A DNA stretch of 63,405 nt, the filler included, from Octopus bimaculoides (lineage: Eukaryota): assembly GCF_001194135.2 (NCBI RefSeq). It is 9 parts of 8 records of this genome, joined end to end, with 100 filler letters (N's around TTAATTAATTAA, not from the genome) between each part and the next. Parts side by side here need not be neighbours in the genome. Positions count along the whole stretch, not along the records: positions 1 to 22,771 come from NC_068982.1; 8 more parts are not named here. One strand, written 5' to 3'. This document shows positions 1 through 9,811 of this stretch, piece by piece; within the stretch, counting starts at the first letter, position 1, and every line of letters starts with the position of its first letter. A model generated the notes under the pieces. It was not told where the DNA came from. It did no database searches and was given only the letters and a program-made list of their open reading frames with translations. The position numbers were made by a program, and so were the translations under genes.

Positions 1-335
1 GGTGACCATAACTGGGAACAGTAGTCTAGGCGGCTGAGAACAAAGGTTCTCCTCGGGGTCAACATAATTTCTTGTTCTCTTGTCTTGAAGGACCTCAGTA
101 TCCATCCTGTCAGTTGTCTACACTTTGCTGCCATCTTGCTTACGAGCATGTGAAATGATGCAAGATTGCACATGTTGATCCCCCAAGTCTTGCACTGCCT
201 GTGACTCTGGGATTGTAGTGCCTTTGGGTCCTGTAAATGTACATTGTACTGTATTTGAACTGAGTTTATGTTCTTGAAATTTTCCAAAATTCAGCTGCAA
301 ATCCAGGAGGAATGTTACATGCTGACAGTAGGACC
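1..335 (-). mobile_element. CR1/L2-type LINE fragment, C-terminal RT region, frameshifted
   Basis: Minus-strand translation with one frameshift gives QLNFGKFQ...AVQDLG/INMCNLASFHMLVSKMAAKCRQLTGWILRSFKTREQEIMLT..TFVLSRLDYCSQLWSP, which matches the CR1/L2 ORF2 pattern (GWILR.F, LDYCSQLWSP). Confidence 0.75.
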
Positions 336-369
336 TGAACACAGTATACAAGTGGTTTGAAATAAACAA

Positions 370-1487
370 CATGCAGTGGTACTGGTAGTGGTACTGGCAA
401 CACCCTTGCTCGAATGTTGCTTTTCAAGTACCACCCACACAAGTGCCAGTAAGGCGACACTGGTAACGATCACGCTCGAATGGTGTTTTGTACGTGCCAC
501 CAGCATGTGGGCCAGTCAGTGGCCCTGGCAACGATCATGCTTGGATGATGCTCTTAGTCTTCAACTAGCACGGATGCCAGTCATGCGGTGCTGTCATCGA
601 ATTTGATTTCGATTTCACTTGCCTCAGCAAGGTCTCCGCAAGCAGAGTTTAGTGTCCAATGAAATAAAGGTATGCCTAAGTGGGCTGGTTACACCACTGG
701 CATAGGCCATGGGTTATGGTCTCACTTGGCTTGCCGAGTCTTCACAAGCACAGCATATTTCCAAAGGTCTCGGTCACTAGTTATTGCCTCGGTGAGGCCT
801 AATTTTCGAAGGCCATGCTTCACCACCTCATCGCAGGTCTTCCTGGGTCTCCCTCTTCCACAGTTTCCCTCAACCACTAGGGTGTGACACTTTTTCACAC
901 AGCTATCCACATCCATTCGTACCACATAACCATACCAGCATAGTTGTCTCTCTTGCACACCACATCTGATGCTTCTTAGGTCCAACTTTCCTCTCAAGGC
1001 ACTTATATTCTGTCAAGTATGCACACTGACATTACATATCCAGCAGAGTATACAGGCTTCATTCCTTGCAAACTTATGCATGTCCTCAGCAGTCACGGCC
1101 CATGTTTCACTGCCATGTAGCATGGCTGTTCATACACATGTGTCATACAGTCTACCTTTTACTCTGAACGAGAGGCCTTTTGTCACCAGCAGAGGTAAGA
1201 GCTCTCTGAATTTTGCCCAGGCTATTCTTATTCTAGCAGCTACAATTTCAGAGCACCCACCCCTGCTACTGACTTGGTCACCTAGGTAACGGAAGCTATC
1301 AACTGCTTCTAGTTTTTCTCCCTGGAATGTGGCAGAAGTTGTTCTCTGCACATTTTCAGTGTTTATTGCTTCTGAACATCTGCCACATACAAAAACTATC
1401 TTCCTAGTTAGCCTTCCTTTGATATTGCTGCACTTCTTATGTGTCCATAGCTTACACTGGGTACATCTTATAGAGTTTACCCAATAC
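370..1487 (-). mobile_element. RTE-clade LINE (family A): C-terminal half of RT, C-terminal domain and 3' UTR; 5'-truncated at a (TA/CA)n tract
   Basis: ORFs 1130..1789 (VDSFRYLGD, ARIRIAWAKFRELLPLL) and 722..997 (WYGYVVRM, GRGRPRKT.DEVV..L..LGL) carry RTE ORF2 motifs. The 3' UTR matches 11160-11405. Confidence 0.85.
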
Positions 1488-1582
1488 ATATATAAAAATA
1501 TACATATATATATATATATAAAAATATACACACACATATATATATATATATATACACACATATATATATATATACACACACA

Positions 1583-3060
1583 TATCTTTCTTTGGAGTGA
1601 TGATTTTATCCTTTTGAGAGACTGCAGTAAGGGCTTTTTACCTTCATCTGGGGCACTGAGGTATTTTTGATGCAGCATATTTTTATCTTCAAGTTTATTG
1701 ATCTGTACATCGTTTTCCTCAAACCAATCCTGATGTTCATTACTTTCATTATTTACATTCGGTGGATATTTGTCGTAAATAATGTACATAATTCCTCATC
1801 TCTTAAATATAGAACTGTACAATCCCTATGTTTTCTGTTTCTGATACTAAGAATCTCAACTCCAACATTGTAAACAGTGGTCTTAAACTGAGCCCAAGTT
1901 CCATCAAATTCTGCTTGTCCAATAGCATTTCTAAGATTCGCCTGCACCTTAGAGTTCCTTAATTTCAACACATCAATATGCTTAGGGGCTTTTATTCCTA
2001 TAGATCTTATTCTACGCATGATGTGGAGTTTCAATTTACCATATATGAGCATATGGTCAGTCTCACATTCTGCACCATGCATGACTCGGAGAGTGCAAAC
2101 ATCTGGAAGGTCTCGTTTCCTGGTGATAAGGTAATCATGAATATGCCCATGTTTGGATCTTGGATGCGTCCAGGTAGCTTTATGGATATCCTTCTGATGA
2201 AAAACTGTTGCAGATGATGAGATCAAGTTCAGTGCAGAGCTGAAGAAGACAGAGATCATTAGCATTCATTTTGCCCAAACCATGTCTCCCTAGTGTATCC
2301 CTGGTCTCATAATTGCATCCAACACAGGCGTTGAAATCGCCAAGATGGAGGATATTATCTGCATTTGGAATCAAAATCATAACCAATCTGAGATCCTCAT
2401 AGAAAGCCATAATAGACTCACTGCTGCTATCAGGAGTAGGAGCATAAACAGAAATAAGTCCTAAAACAATTGCATGCTAGAGGTGCTCAAAGATACATAA
2501 CCCTATCACTAAAACCATTAGGTTGTTCTATTTTGTGGGTTAACTTGGTATGAATGGCAAAGCCAACACTCCTACTCGTTTTTCATCCTTTGGTTTACCC
2601 TTCCAAAAAAAAGTGTATCCAGCACCTCTTTCTGTCAATTGATTTTCATCACTCAACTGAGTTTCAGAGAGTGCCGTAATGTCAACATTATACCAAGCCA
2701 ACCCCTTGGCTATTATGCCAGTTCACCGTTCAGGGTTACTTGACCCTTCATGATCAAGAAGTGTCCTGACATTCCATACACCTACCCATAATCTATATTT
2801 CTTGCTTGCATATTTCCTCTTTGTATTCCTCCTACTGTAGTGAACAGCTGTCAGCTGCAGGTTGCTGACCAGCTTTATGGTAGAGCAGGCATTTATTAGG
2901 GCGACCTTTCCAAGACCTTTCCCAGATTTCTGGGTGAGCAGTGCTACCCTAGAGAGGGCTGCTCAGACACTCTCAACCTCGCCGAAGCATGCTGCTGTTC
3001 TTTCAACAATGCAGTGACTTTAGATGGGCCCTGGGCTGCCCACATGCAGATTCATGACTA
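1583..3060 (-). mobile_element. RTE-clade LINE (family B, BovB-like): 5' UTR and apurinic endonuclease, degenerate
   Basis: Minus-strand motifs VGVWNVRTLLD (about 2750-2785), ITALSET, HLGDFNACVG, TWTHPRSKHGHIHDYLITRKRD..DV..LRVMHGAECETDH and HQDWFEEND, with stops and frameshifts. Confidence 0.85.
1738..1819. mobile_element. 82-bp internally inverted fragment of the HHR-SINE/pLTR repeat inserted into the RTE-B ORF
   Basis: Flanked by caatcctgatgtt (1725-1737) and caatccctatgtt (1820-1832), 11/13 identical. Contains taaataatgtacataattcctcatctcttaaatatagaactg (3' end of the repeat seen at 8632-8710) and an oppositely oriented gacaaatatcc..aatgtaaataatg piece. Confidence 0.7.
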
Positions 3061-3888
3061 TGCACTCCCAGCCCATTAAGCCTGCACATGTCGCCACTAT
3101 TCCATCACCATGGGACTTGAAGAGATATCTGTACATTCAAATATCAATGCCACACACTTTATAACACATATAGCACCCACTCCTCCCCCAAAATCTGATA
3201 TCCAGTGACAAACCAAGGCAAGATTACTGGGTGATTATGGAGGTTGCATGTTTTATTATCCCAGAGTTTAACCTCTCCAGTGATTTTATATCAGAGTGTC
3301 CTTCTACCAGTCTTTGCTCAACCAAAGGCTAACTGCAAGACAGAAGTGAAGGATTTGAATTCGGAGTTACCTTCTCCTAGACAGATTGCCTTCCCCACAA
3401 CTTTATTAAACCTAGGAGCTCCATCTACCCCTTTAACTACATCCACAAACACACTCAAATCAAATAAAATAGAAGTAAAAATACAAATATATATATATAT
3501 ATATGAAATATTTTTAAAAAATGTACATGCAATATACACATATTCAAGAATCAAAAATGTAAATGAATATATAGAAATATACACACACACACACGCACAC
3601 CCAACACTCATCCATCTTTCACCACACCAAACACACATCCACAATTCAGCCAATTATATACATATGTGCATATAATAATTGGATGACCATTGACTCTTAA
3701 GAGTTCTTCTGCCTTTTTTATGTCAGGTTGTTTACGCTACTGGTACCATATAACCCAGTACTACATGTCGCATGGTCAGGTCGTCGCCAACTAAACTGGT
3801 TCCTCCACCAATTCCACTTGGTGAGGAGGGTGTGTATTGGACACCCTGCAGGACTAAAAACAAGACCTATAAAATGGTGGGGAAAAAT

Positions 3889-3920
<32 letters not shown>

Positions 3921-3951
3921 GGATGGATGGGTGGGTGGGTGCATGTGTGCA

Positions 3952-3979
3952 TTTTAGAATGTGTGCACACATTCTAAAA
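3952..3979. repeat. Perfect 28-bp palindrome with no loop
   Basis: ttttagaatgtgtg|cacacattctaaaa; the arms are exact reverse complements. Confidence 0.95.
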
Positions 3980-4362
3980 CTCACACATCTGAGTCTGTCG
4001 TAGGTCAACCAACATGCTGGAAAATTCTTCCCTGATGAAATACCCAATTAACTGTTTCAACATGAAAATTTAAGTTGAATTAATTTAATTTATTTTAATT
4101 TCTTTAATTGAACTAATTATATAGGGAAATGTTTATAGGACTGGAATTTCATTATATGGATTTGAATGTATTTGAATAAACTGATGTCTGCCTGTCAATT
4201 TCTCCATTTCCTTCTTATTCTCATTCATAAATATTTTAAATACCTATATATATCAATACAAAACTAATATATTTAGTTTTCACTGAACACTGGTATAATC
4301 TGGAGAACGAGGATGCTAGCATCCCTTAAAGAATTATAGGTCCTTGATGCAAGTATTTATAT

Positions 4363-4472
4363 ATATCATCATCATCATCGTTGTCATTTAACGTCCGCTT
4401 TCCATGCTAGCATGGGTTGGACGATTTGACTGAGGACTGGTGAAACCAGATGGCTACACCAGGCTCCAATCT
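4363..4472 (-). mobile_element. 5'-truncated RTE-A 3' tail
   Basis: Reverse complement of ...cgtccaacccatgctagcatggaaagcggacgttaaa..gatgatgat. Near-identical to 10604-10706, 10973-11070 and 23030-23103; flanked by (TA)n. Confidence 0.85.
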
Positions 4473-4473
4473 G

Positions 4474-4511
<38 letters not shown>

Positions 4512-4827
4512 TGCACACACATACACACACACACACATAAACACATATATGTATTCACACACACACACACACACACATATGTATGTGTGTGTATATACAT
4601 TAATCTAAGTGTACAGTATTATATATCTCATGTCTATTACAACTCATTGTACCAATCGGTTTCGCACAATTTTTCTGTAACTATGATATGAAACAAAATT
4701 TTAGAATTTAATTTAAGTTTATCAAGGTGTATTTTACTGATATTTTACTTATCCATTGTAATTAGAGTTGACTTGTGAAATTGATTACAGTGTTGCTAGA
4801 AGGCACAAGCACTTACACACACATGTA

Positions 4828-4945
4828 CATACACGATGGTAACTTTTGCCTATGAAACTCAACCACAAGGCTTTGGTCGGCCTGAGACTATAGCAGAAGA
4901 CACTTGCCTAAGGTGCCACACAGAGGGACTGAATCTAAAACCATG
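4828..4945 (-). mobile_element. SINE family B head/CORE-like fragment
   Basis: ccacaaggctttggtcggcctgagactatagcagaagacacttgcctaaggtgcc, homologous to 48730-48830. Confidence 0.7.
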
Positions 4946-5054
4946 TAGAGTGTATTTTAAGCTGTTGTATATGCAAATGCATGCACATTACTTTGCTTTT
5001 CTCTTATTGTGCCATGAATACTACCGTAAAAGGAAATGGTTAAAAAGATTAACA

Positions 5055-5280
5055 ATAATAATAATCCTTTCTACTATAGGCAGAAGGCCTGAAATTTTGG
5101 GAGAGGGGACTAGTTAATTACATCAACCCCAGTGTTTCACTGGTGTTTAATTTATTGACTCGATGAGATGAAAAGCAAAGTCAACCTCAGTGGAATTTGA
5201 ACTAAAAACATAGCAACAAGCAAAATACTGCTAAGCATTTCACCCAACATACTAACGATTCTGCCAGCTCGCCACCTTAA
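5055..5280 (-). mobile_element. tRNA-derived SINE family A (Meta/MESC-like core)
   Basis: Minus strand starts ttaaggtggcgagctggcagaatcgttag, has B-box-like gttcaaattcc and an (ATT)n tail; homologous to 14337-14556. Confidence 0.8.
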
Positions 5281-5289
5281 TATGCCCAC

Positions 5290-5565
5290 GGGCATATTGG
5301 CGTAGTGGTTAAGAGCGCGGGCGACTAACCCCAAAATTCCGAGTTCGATTCCAGGCAGTGACCTGAATAACAATAATAATAATAATAATAATAATACCAA
5401 CAACAACAACATCGAAAAATACCTTAGGAATGAGAACCCAGGTTCCAAACTTCCCCAAGACTCCTGATGAAGGCTGGAGGGTATATCAGCCGAAACGTTC
5501 TGTTAACAACAAACAAGATGGGGACAAATATGCGTCAAATGTAAATAATGTAAATAATAATAATT
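5290..5565 (+). mobile_element. Composite SINE-like element: tRNA-like head, (AAT)n linker, hammerhead-containing tail
   Basis: A box tggcgtagtgg (5298-5308), B box gagttcgattcc (5341-5352), (AAT/AAC)n to about 5410, then a tail shared with 8632-8866. Confidence 0.75.
5459..5504 (+). ncRNA. Minimal type I hammerhead ribozyme-like motif; stem I degenerate in this copy
   Basis: CTGATGA (5464-5470), a, stem II ggctg/cagcc, GAAA (5492-5495), then CGT-T giving the palindromic AC/GT stem III typical of PLE-type dimeric HHRs. Confidence 0.65.
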
Positions 5566-5926
5566 TCATAGATGCAAGGGCGATCAGTTCAAGTACATAA
5601 AAATCATCACACATTTATTTTTATTTACACAGTAAAATACTTTTGCTGGATTTTTGAGTGGAATAGACAAGAGTTGTCTCCCATAGATTTCCTCGGCCGA
5701 GAATCATTAGCCTTCTTTTCATGAAAACTTTCTTTAAAAAAAATAAGAAAACTTAGGATATTCAATCATTGACGCACTGGTTAGAAAAGCAACGTCGGTG
5801 CTGAAATGTTTTTGCTCATTGTAACTATGTTGCTGGTAATGACAGCAATGATAATAAATGTTATATATGTATATCATGTCCTTTGTATTTTGATTTTTAA
5901 TTGTTTTATGTATCTTTTATCAGATA

Positions 5927-7216
5927 TTGGTGAAGTACATTGCTGGAACTTTTGTGAAATGGCTACCAAAACCTGGACAGCAAGCTAGAACTCATTTACT
6001 TATCTTATATTCTGTCACATTTTTTCTTCTTTTGCCTACCCTCTGCCACAAACTCCCTTTCTCGGTTTACTACCATGCTGGTCATGCTGACAAGGATGAT
6101 GGGATTAGAAAGTTTAATGCTGCGAATGATGAAAGACTTAAACTGTCTCGCAACTTTTTGAAAAATACTTTCAATAGTATGAAGCGTCTTCCTAATTCTC
6201 CCTGGGTTACACCAAAATCCAACTTTCCAAAAGATGCCTTAAATTTCTTTGACCAACCCAGAATGCAAGTTGATATAGCACTAACTATAATTACAGTGTC
6301 ACGAAATAGGCACAAGTTTGATAACTATGAACCACACTACCTTACACAAGCTGTTTGGCGATATATGGAATTACTTTTGAGTTCTGAAAATCAACAAAAA
6401 AATGTAAAACTTTCTCTGTGTAATGTTGATCGTGATCCGGAAACCTACCATGAAATTCACAACCTCTCTTCTTTTATTCAGACTTTTCAACGGTTTCCCA
6501 CAAAATCTTCCTATTCTTCTGAAGTATTTGAAAAAGAAAAAGAAGACTATGTATACTGCCTCAATGCTTCCCTTGTATGGAAACCAAGTTTTGTATTGCT
6601 TGTTGAGGATGACAGCCTTCCCCACAATGATATGTTTCGTGTTTTGTACCATGCTCTTGACTATATATACTATGTTGATAATCAGCATGGATCATATCGA
6701 CATTTTCCTGAACAATGGTACTTAAAACTTTATCATCCAGATCGACTGCTGGGTTATTGGAGCATAGAAGTGGAAAGAATACCAGAACTAATATCACTGA
6801 GTTTAGTTTTTGGTGTTTTAGTTCTGCTTATTTATCGGTGTATTGGGATGAAAAATGTTTTTAGAAATATTAATGCTTCTTGGTTTCTCCTCAGTCTCTA
6901 TTTCTTCTTGCTTTTTATTGCTATTGGAAGACAGAACTTACTTGAAATTAGACGATTGTCCAAACATTTTTACATGTTGACACCTTCACCTTCATGCTGC
7001 ACACCAGCAATATTATATACTAATGCAACAGCTAAAACTGTTATAGACTACCTTAGCCATGTGCGTTGTAAGAGTAAGTTTGCCAAAGATATGGCATTGG
7101 AACAGTTACGTTCTGAAACTCATCTAAAAGCCTATCTTTTGCAGCCAAATCTTTTTAAACACATTGGTCTGTATTCTTCTTTGCGATCAAAGATTCTCAA
7201 TCCTGGTGTTGTATGA
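5927..7216 (+). CDS. PGAP4: Post-GPI attachment to proteins factor 4 (TMEM246), GPI-GalNAc transferase; single large coding exon
   Basis: Intact 429-codon ORF with an N-terminal TM segment (LLILYSVTFFLLLPTLCHKL), VLLVEDDSLP, YLKLYHPDRLLGY, two internal TM segments, CCTPAILY, AKDMAL and PNLFKHIGLYSSLR, all PGAP4 family motifs. Likely splice acceptor ttttatcag at 5922-5923; the start codon is unresolved. Confidence 0.9.
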   Translation: MVKYIAGTFVKWLPKPGQQARTHLLILYSVTFFLLLPTLCHKLPFSVYYHAGHADKDDGIRKFNAANDERLKLSRNFLKNTFNSMKRLPNSPWVTPKSNFPKDALNFFDQPRMQVDIALTIITVSRNRHKFDNYEPHYLTQAVWRYMELLLSSENQQKNVKLSLCNVDRDPETYHEIHNLSSFIQTFQRFPTKSSYSSEVFEKEKEDYVYCLNASLVWKPSFVLLVEDDSLPHNDMFRVLYHALDYIYYVDNQHGSYRHFPEQWYLKLYHPDRLLGYWSIEVERIPELISLSLVFGVLVLLIYRCIGMKNVFRNINASWFLLSLYFFLLFIAIGRQNLLEIRRLSKHFYMLTPSPSCCTPAILYTNATAKTVIDYLSHVRCKSKFAKDMALEQLRSETHLKAYLLQPNLFKHIGLYSSLRSKILNPGVV

Positions 7217-7420
7217 TAAAGTTATTCTTCATCTATTATTTATTTCCCTTTAGCTTGTCATATTTTAAACTACATCTTTAAATTGGTCTGTTTTATTTTG
7301 CCTTTAATTCGGTCCTGCTTTCATTTCTGCTACTGCTACTTTTGTAGCATTCTGTATTTAAAATGCTGCTTTCATACCATTTTGTCAAACTGAAGATTTA
7401 TTTATTTTTTTATTAAATTT

Positions 7421-7426
7421 AATAAA
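7421..7426 (+). promoter_or_regulatory. Candidate polyadenylation signal of PGAP4
   Basis: AATAAA about 205 nt after the stop, followed by a GT/T-rich tract (tatgtattgttgg). Confidence 0.5.
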
Positions 7427-7861
7427 AATATATGTATTGTTGGAACAATTTTTAAAGACTTTTCCTACTGAATGCTATTCCTAATGTTCACTCACATGAA
7501 ATATGAATAGATTGGAACTCATCAAATTCAGTAATGTTCTTGCCCAGAAGTACACTACAATGGGTTATACTCTATTTGAACTTATGTAATGTAGACCAGC
7601 ATTTTAACCTCTTGGCCTTTCTGCCTCACCTTTATAATATATAAAACTTTATTCTATCTCTTTTCTCATTTAACTGTTATTATAAAGATATTTAATGTTT
7701 TAAAATAATGTAACTATGCAATATATAAACTATATTTCTTTGTCCCCTATCTGTCATTATCAAATGCAACTATACTATTAGCTAGGCATACTCCTTCAGT
7801 TTAGCTACTTTGTTGAGGCAGTATAACATGAGAAATGTTACAGAAAAAATGAAATATTTAA

Positions 7862-8280
7862 GACTGTTCTTTTATCTTTTACCTTTAACTTATTTCAGTC
7901 ATTAGACTGTGGCCATGCTGGGGCTCCACCTTCAAGAACTTTTAATTGAACAAATCAACCCCAATACATTAATTTTTAAAGCCTGGTATTTATTCAATTG
8001 TTCTCCTTTGCCAAAACATTAAACTGCAGGAATGTAAACACACCAGCAACGGTTGTCAAGTGGTGGTGGGGGACAAACACACACAGAGACACACATACAC
8101 ACATTAATATATATGCACACATATATGCAATGGGCTTCTTTCATTTTCCCTTCTACCAAATCTACTCACAAGGCTTTGGTCAGCCTGAAGCTAAGGTAGA
8201 AAATACATGCCCGAAGGTACCAGTGGGACTGAACCCAGAACCATGTAGTTGGGAAGCAAGCTTCTTATCACACAGCTATG
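7862..8280 (-). mobile_element. tRNA-derived SINE family B, full length and diverged
   Basis: Collinear with 48452-48862: head, ggcacctt(g)ggcaagtgtcttc core, internal (TG/TA)n, tail ggcggtgctccagcatggccgcagtc..tgactgaaacaagtaaaaga. Confidence 0.8.
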
Positions 8281-8631
8281 TTTGCATTCTATTTTTGAAA
8301 AAAATTAAATTCTTTTTACATTGTTTTGACTCTCAATCTTATTAATTACAATGAATATTCACATTTTGTGAATTACTTTAACATGTCTATTACTTTCCTT
8401 TTAAACATAACACAGTTTGACTTATCAAATGAGAACAATATCAAAACTATCTCTTTCTGTCTTTCTTCAATACAAGCTGACACTCTACTGAAAATAACAC
8501 TCCTTCTAAGACTTAACTTTCCTAGGTTATCGATTCAGTTAATAAAATGATAATGAATTTACTGAAGTGTGCATTGATATCAGCTATTAAATCACCCAGG
8601 TCACATACATGCAGATATGCACTCTGTATGA

Positions 8632-8820
8632 ACTAGAGTTCAGTTCTATATTTAAGAGATAAAGAATTATGTATATTATTTACATTATTTACATTTCACA
8701 GATATTTGTCCTCATCTTGTTTGTTGTTAACACAACATTTCAGCTGATTACTCTCCGGCCTTCATCAGGTGTCTTGGGGTAATTTCGAACCTGGATTCTC
8801 ATTCCTAAGGTATTTTTTGA

Positions 8821-8866
<46 letters not shown>
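8632..8866 (-). mobile_element. Second copy of the HHR-containing tail with (AAT)n linker; head lost in the adjacent gap
   Basis: Reverse complement reads ...aaataccttaggaatgagaatccaggttcg..ccaagacacCTGATGAaggccg..cagctGAAAtgttgtgttaacaac...aattctttatctcttaaatatagaactg. Confidence 0.8.
8729..8773 (-). ncRNA. Minimal hammerhead ribozyme-like motif; stem I intact, stem III C-to-T changed
   Basis: gacac-CTGATGA-a-ggccg..cagct-GAAA-tgtt-gtgtt; stem I gacac/gtgtt pairs. Confidence 0.6.
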
Positions 8867-9758
8867 NNNNNNNNNNNNNNNNNNNNNNNNNNNNNNNNNN
8901 NNNNNNNNNNNNNNNNNNNNNNNNNNNNNNNNNNNNNNNNNNNNNNNNNNNNNNNNNNNNNNNNNNNNNNNNNNNNNNNNNNNNNNNNNNNNNNNNNNNN
9001 NNNNNNNNNNNNNNNNNNNNNNNNNNNNNNNNNNNNNNNNNNNNNNNNNNNNNNNNNNNNNNNNNNNNNNNNNNNNNNNNNNNNNNNNNNNNNNNNNNNN
9101 NNNNNNNNNNNNNNNNNNNNNNNNNNNNNNNNNNNNNNNNNNNNNNNNNNNNNNNNNNNNNNNNNNNNNNNNNNNNNNNNNNNNNNNNNNNNNNNNNNNN
9201 NNNNNNNNNNNNNNNNNNNNNNNNNNNNNNNNNNNNNNNNNNNNNNNNNNNNNNNNNNNNNNNNNNNNNNNNNNNNNNNNNNNNNNNNNNNNNNNNNNNN
9301 NNNNNNNNNNNNNNNNNNNNNNNNNNNNNNNNNNNNNNNNNNNNNNNNNNNNNNNNNNNNNNNNNNNNNNNNNNNNNNNNNNNNNNNNNNNNNNNNNNNN
9401 NNNNNNNNNNNNNNNNNNNNNNNNNNNNNNNNNNNNNNNNNNNNNNNNNNNNNNNNNNNNNNNNNNNNNNNNNNNNNNNNNNNNNNNNNNNNNNNNNNNN
9501 NNNNNNNNNNNNNNNNNNNNNNNNNNNNNNNNNNNNNNNNNNNNNNNNNNNNNNNNNNNNNNNNNNNNNNNNNNNNNNNNNNNNNNNNNNNNNNNNNNNN
9601 NNNNNNNNNNNNNNNNNNNNNNNNNNNNNNNNNNNNNNNNNNNNNNNNNNNNNNNNNNNNNNNNNNNNNNNNNNNNNNNNNNNNNNNNNNNNNNNNNNNN
9701 NNNNNTGACCATACCTTTGTGAGATGACTTGGTTTGAAAGAAACCAACCATGTGTATG

Positions 9759-9811
<53 letters not shown>

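Noticed and set aside
5290-5365. tRNA gene (also the heads at 24190-24267, 48790-48862 and 52900-52978)
   Set aside because: A and B boxes are present, but there is no complete cloverleaf or acceptor stem and each runs into a SINE body.
6082-6797. Antisense and alternate-frame ORFs overlapping PGAP4
   Set aside because: Shadows of the real CDS with no independent motifs.
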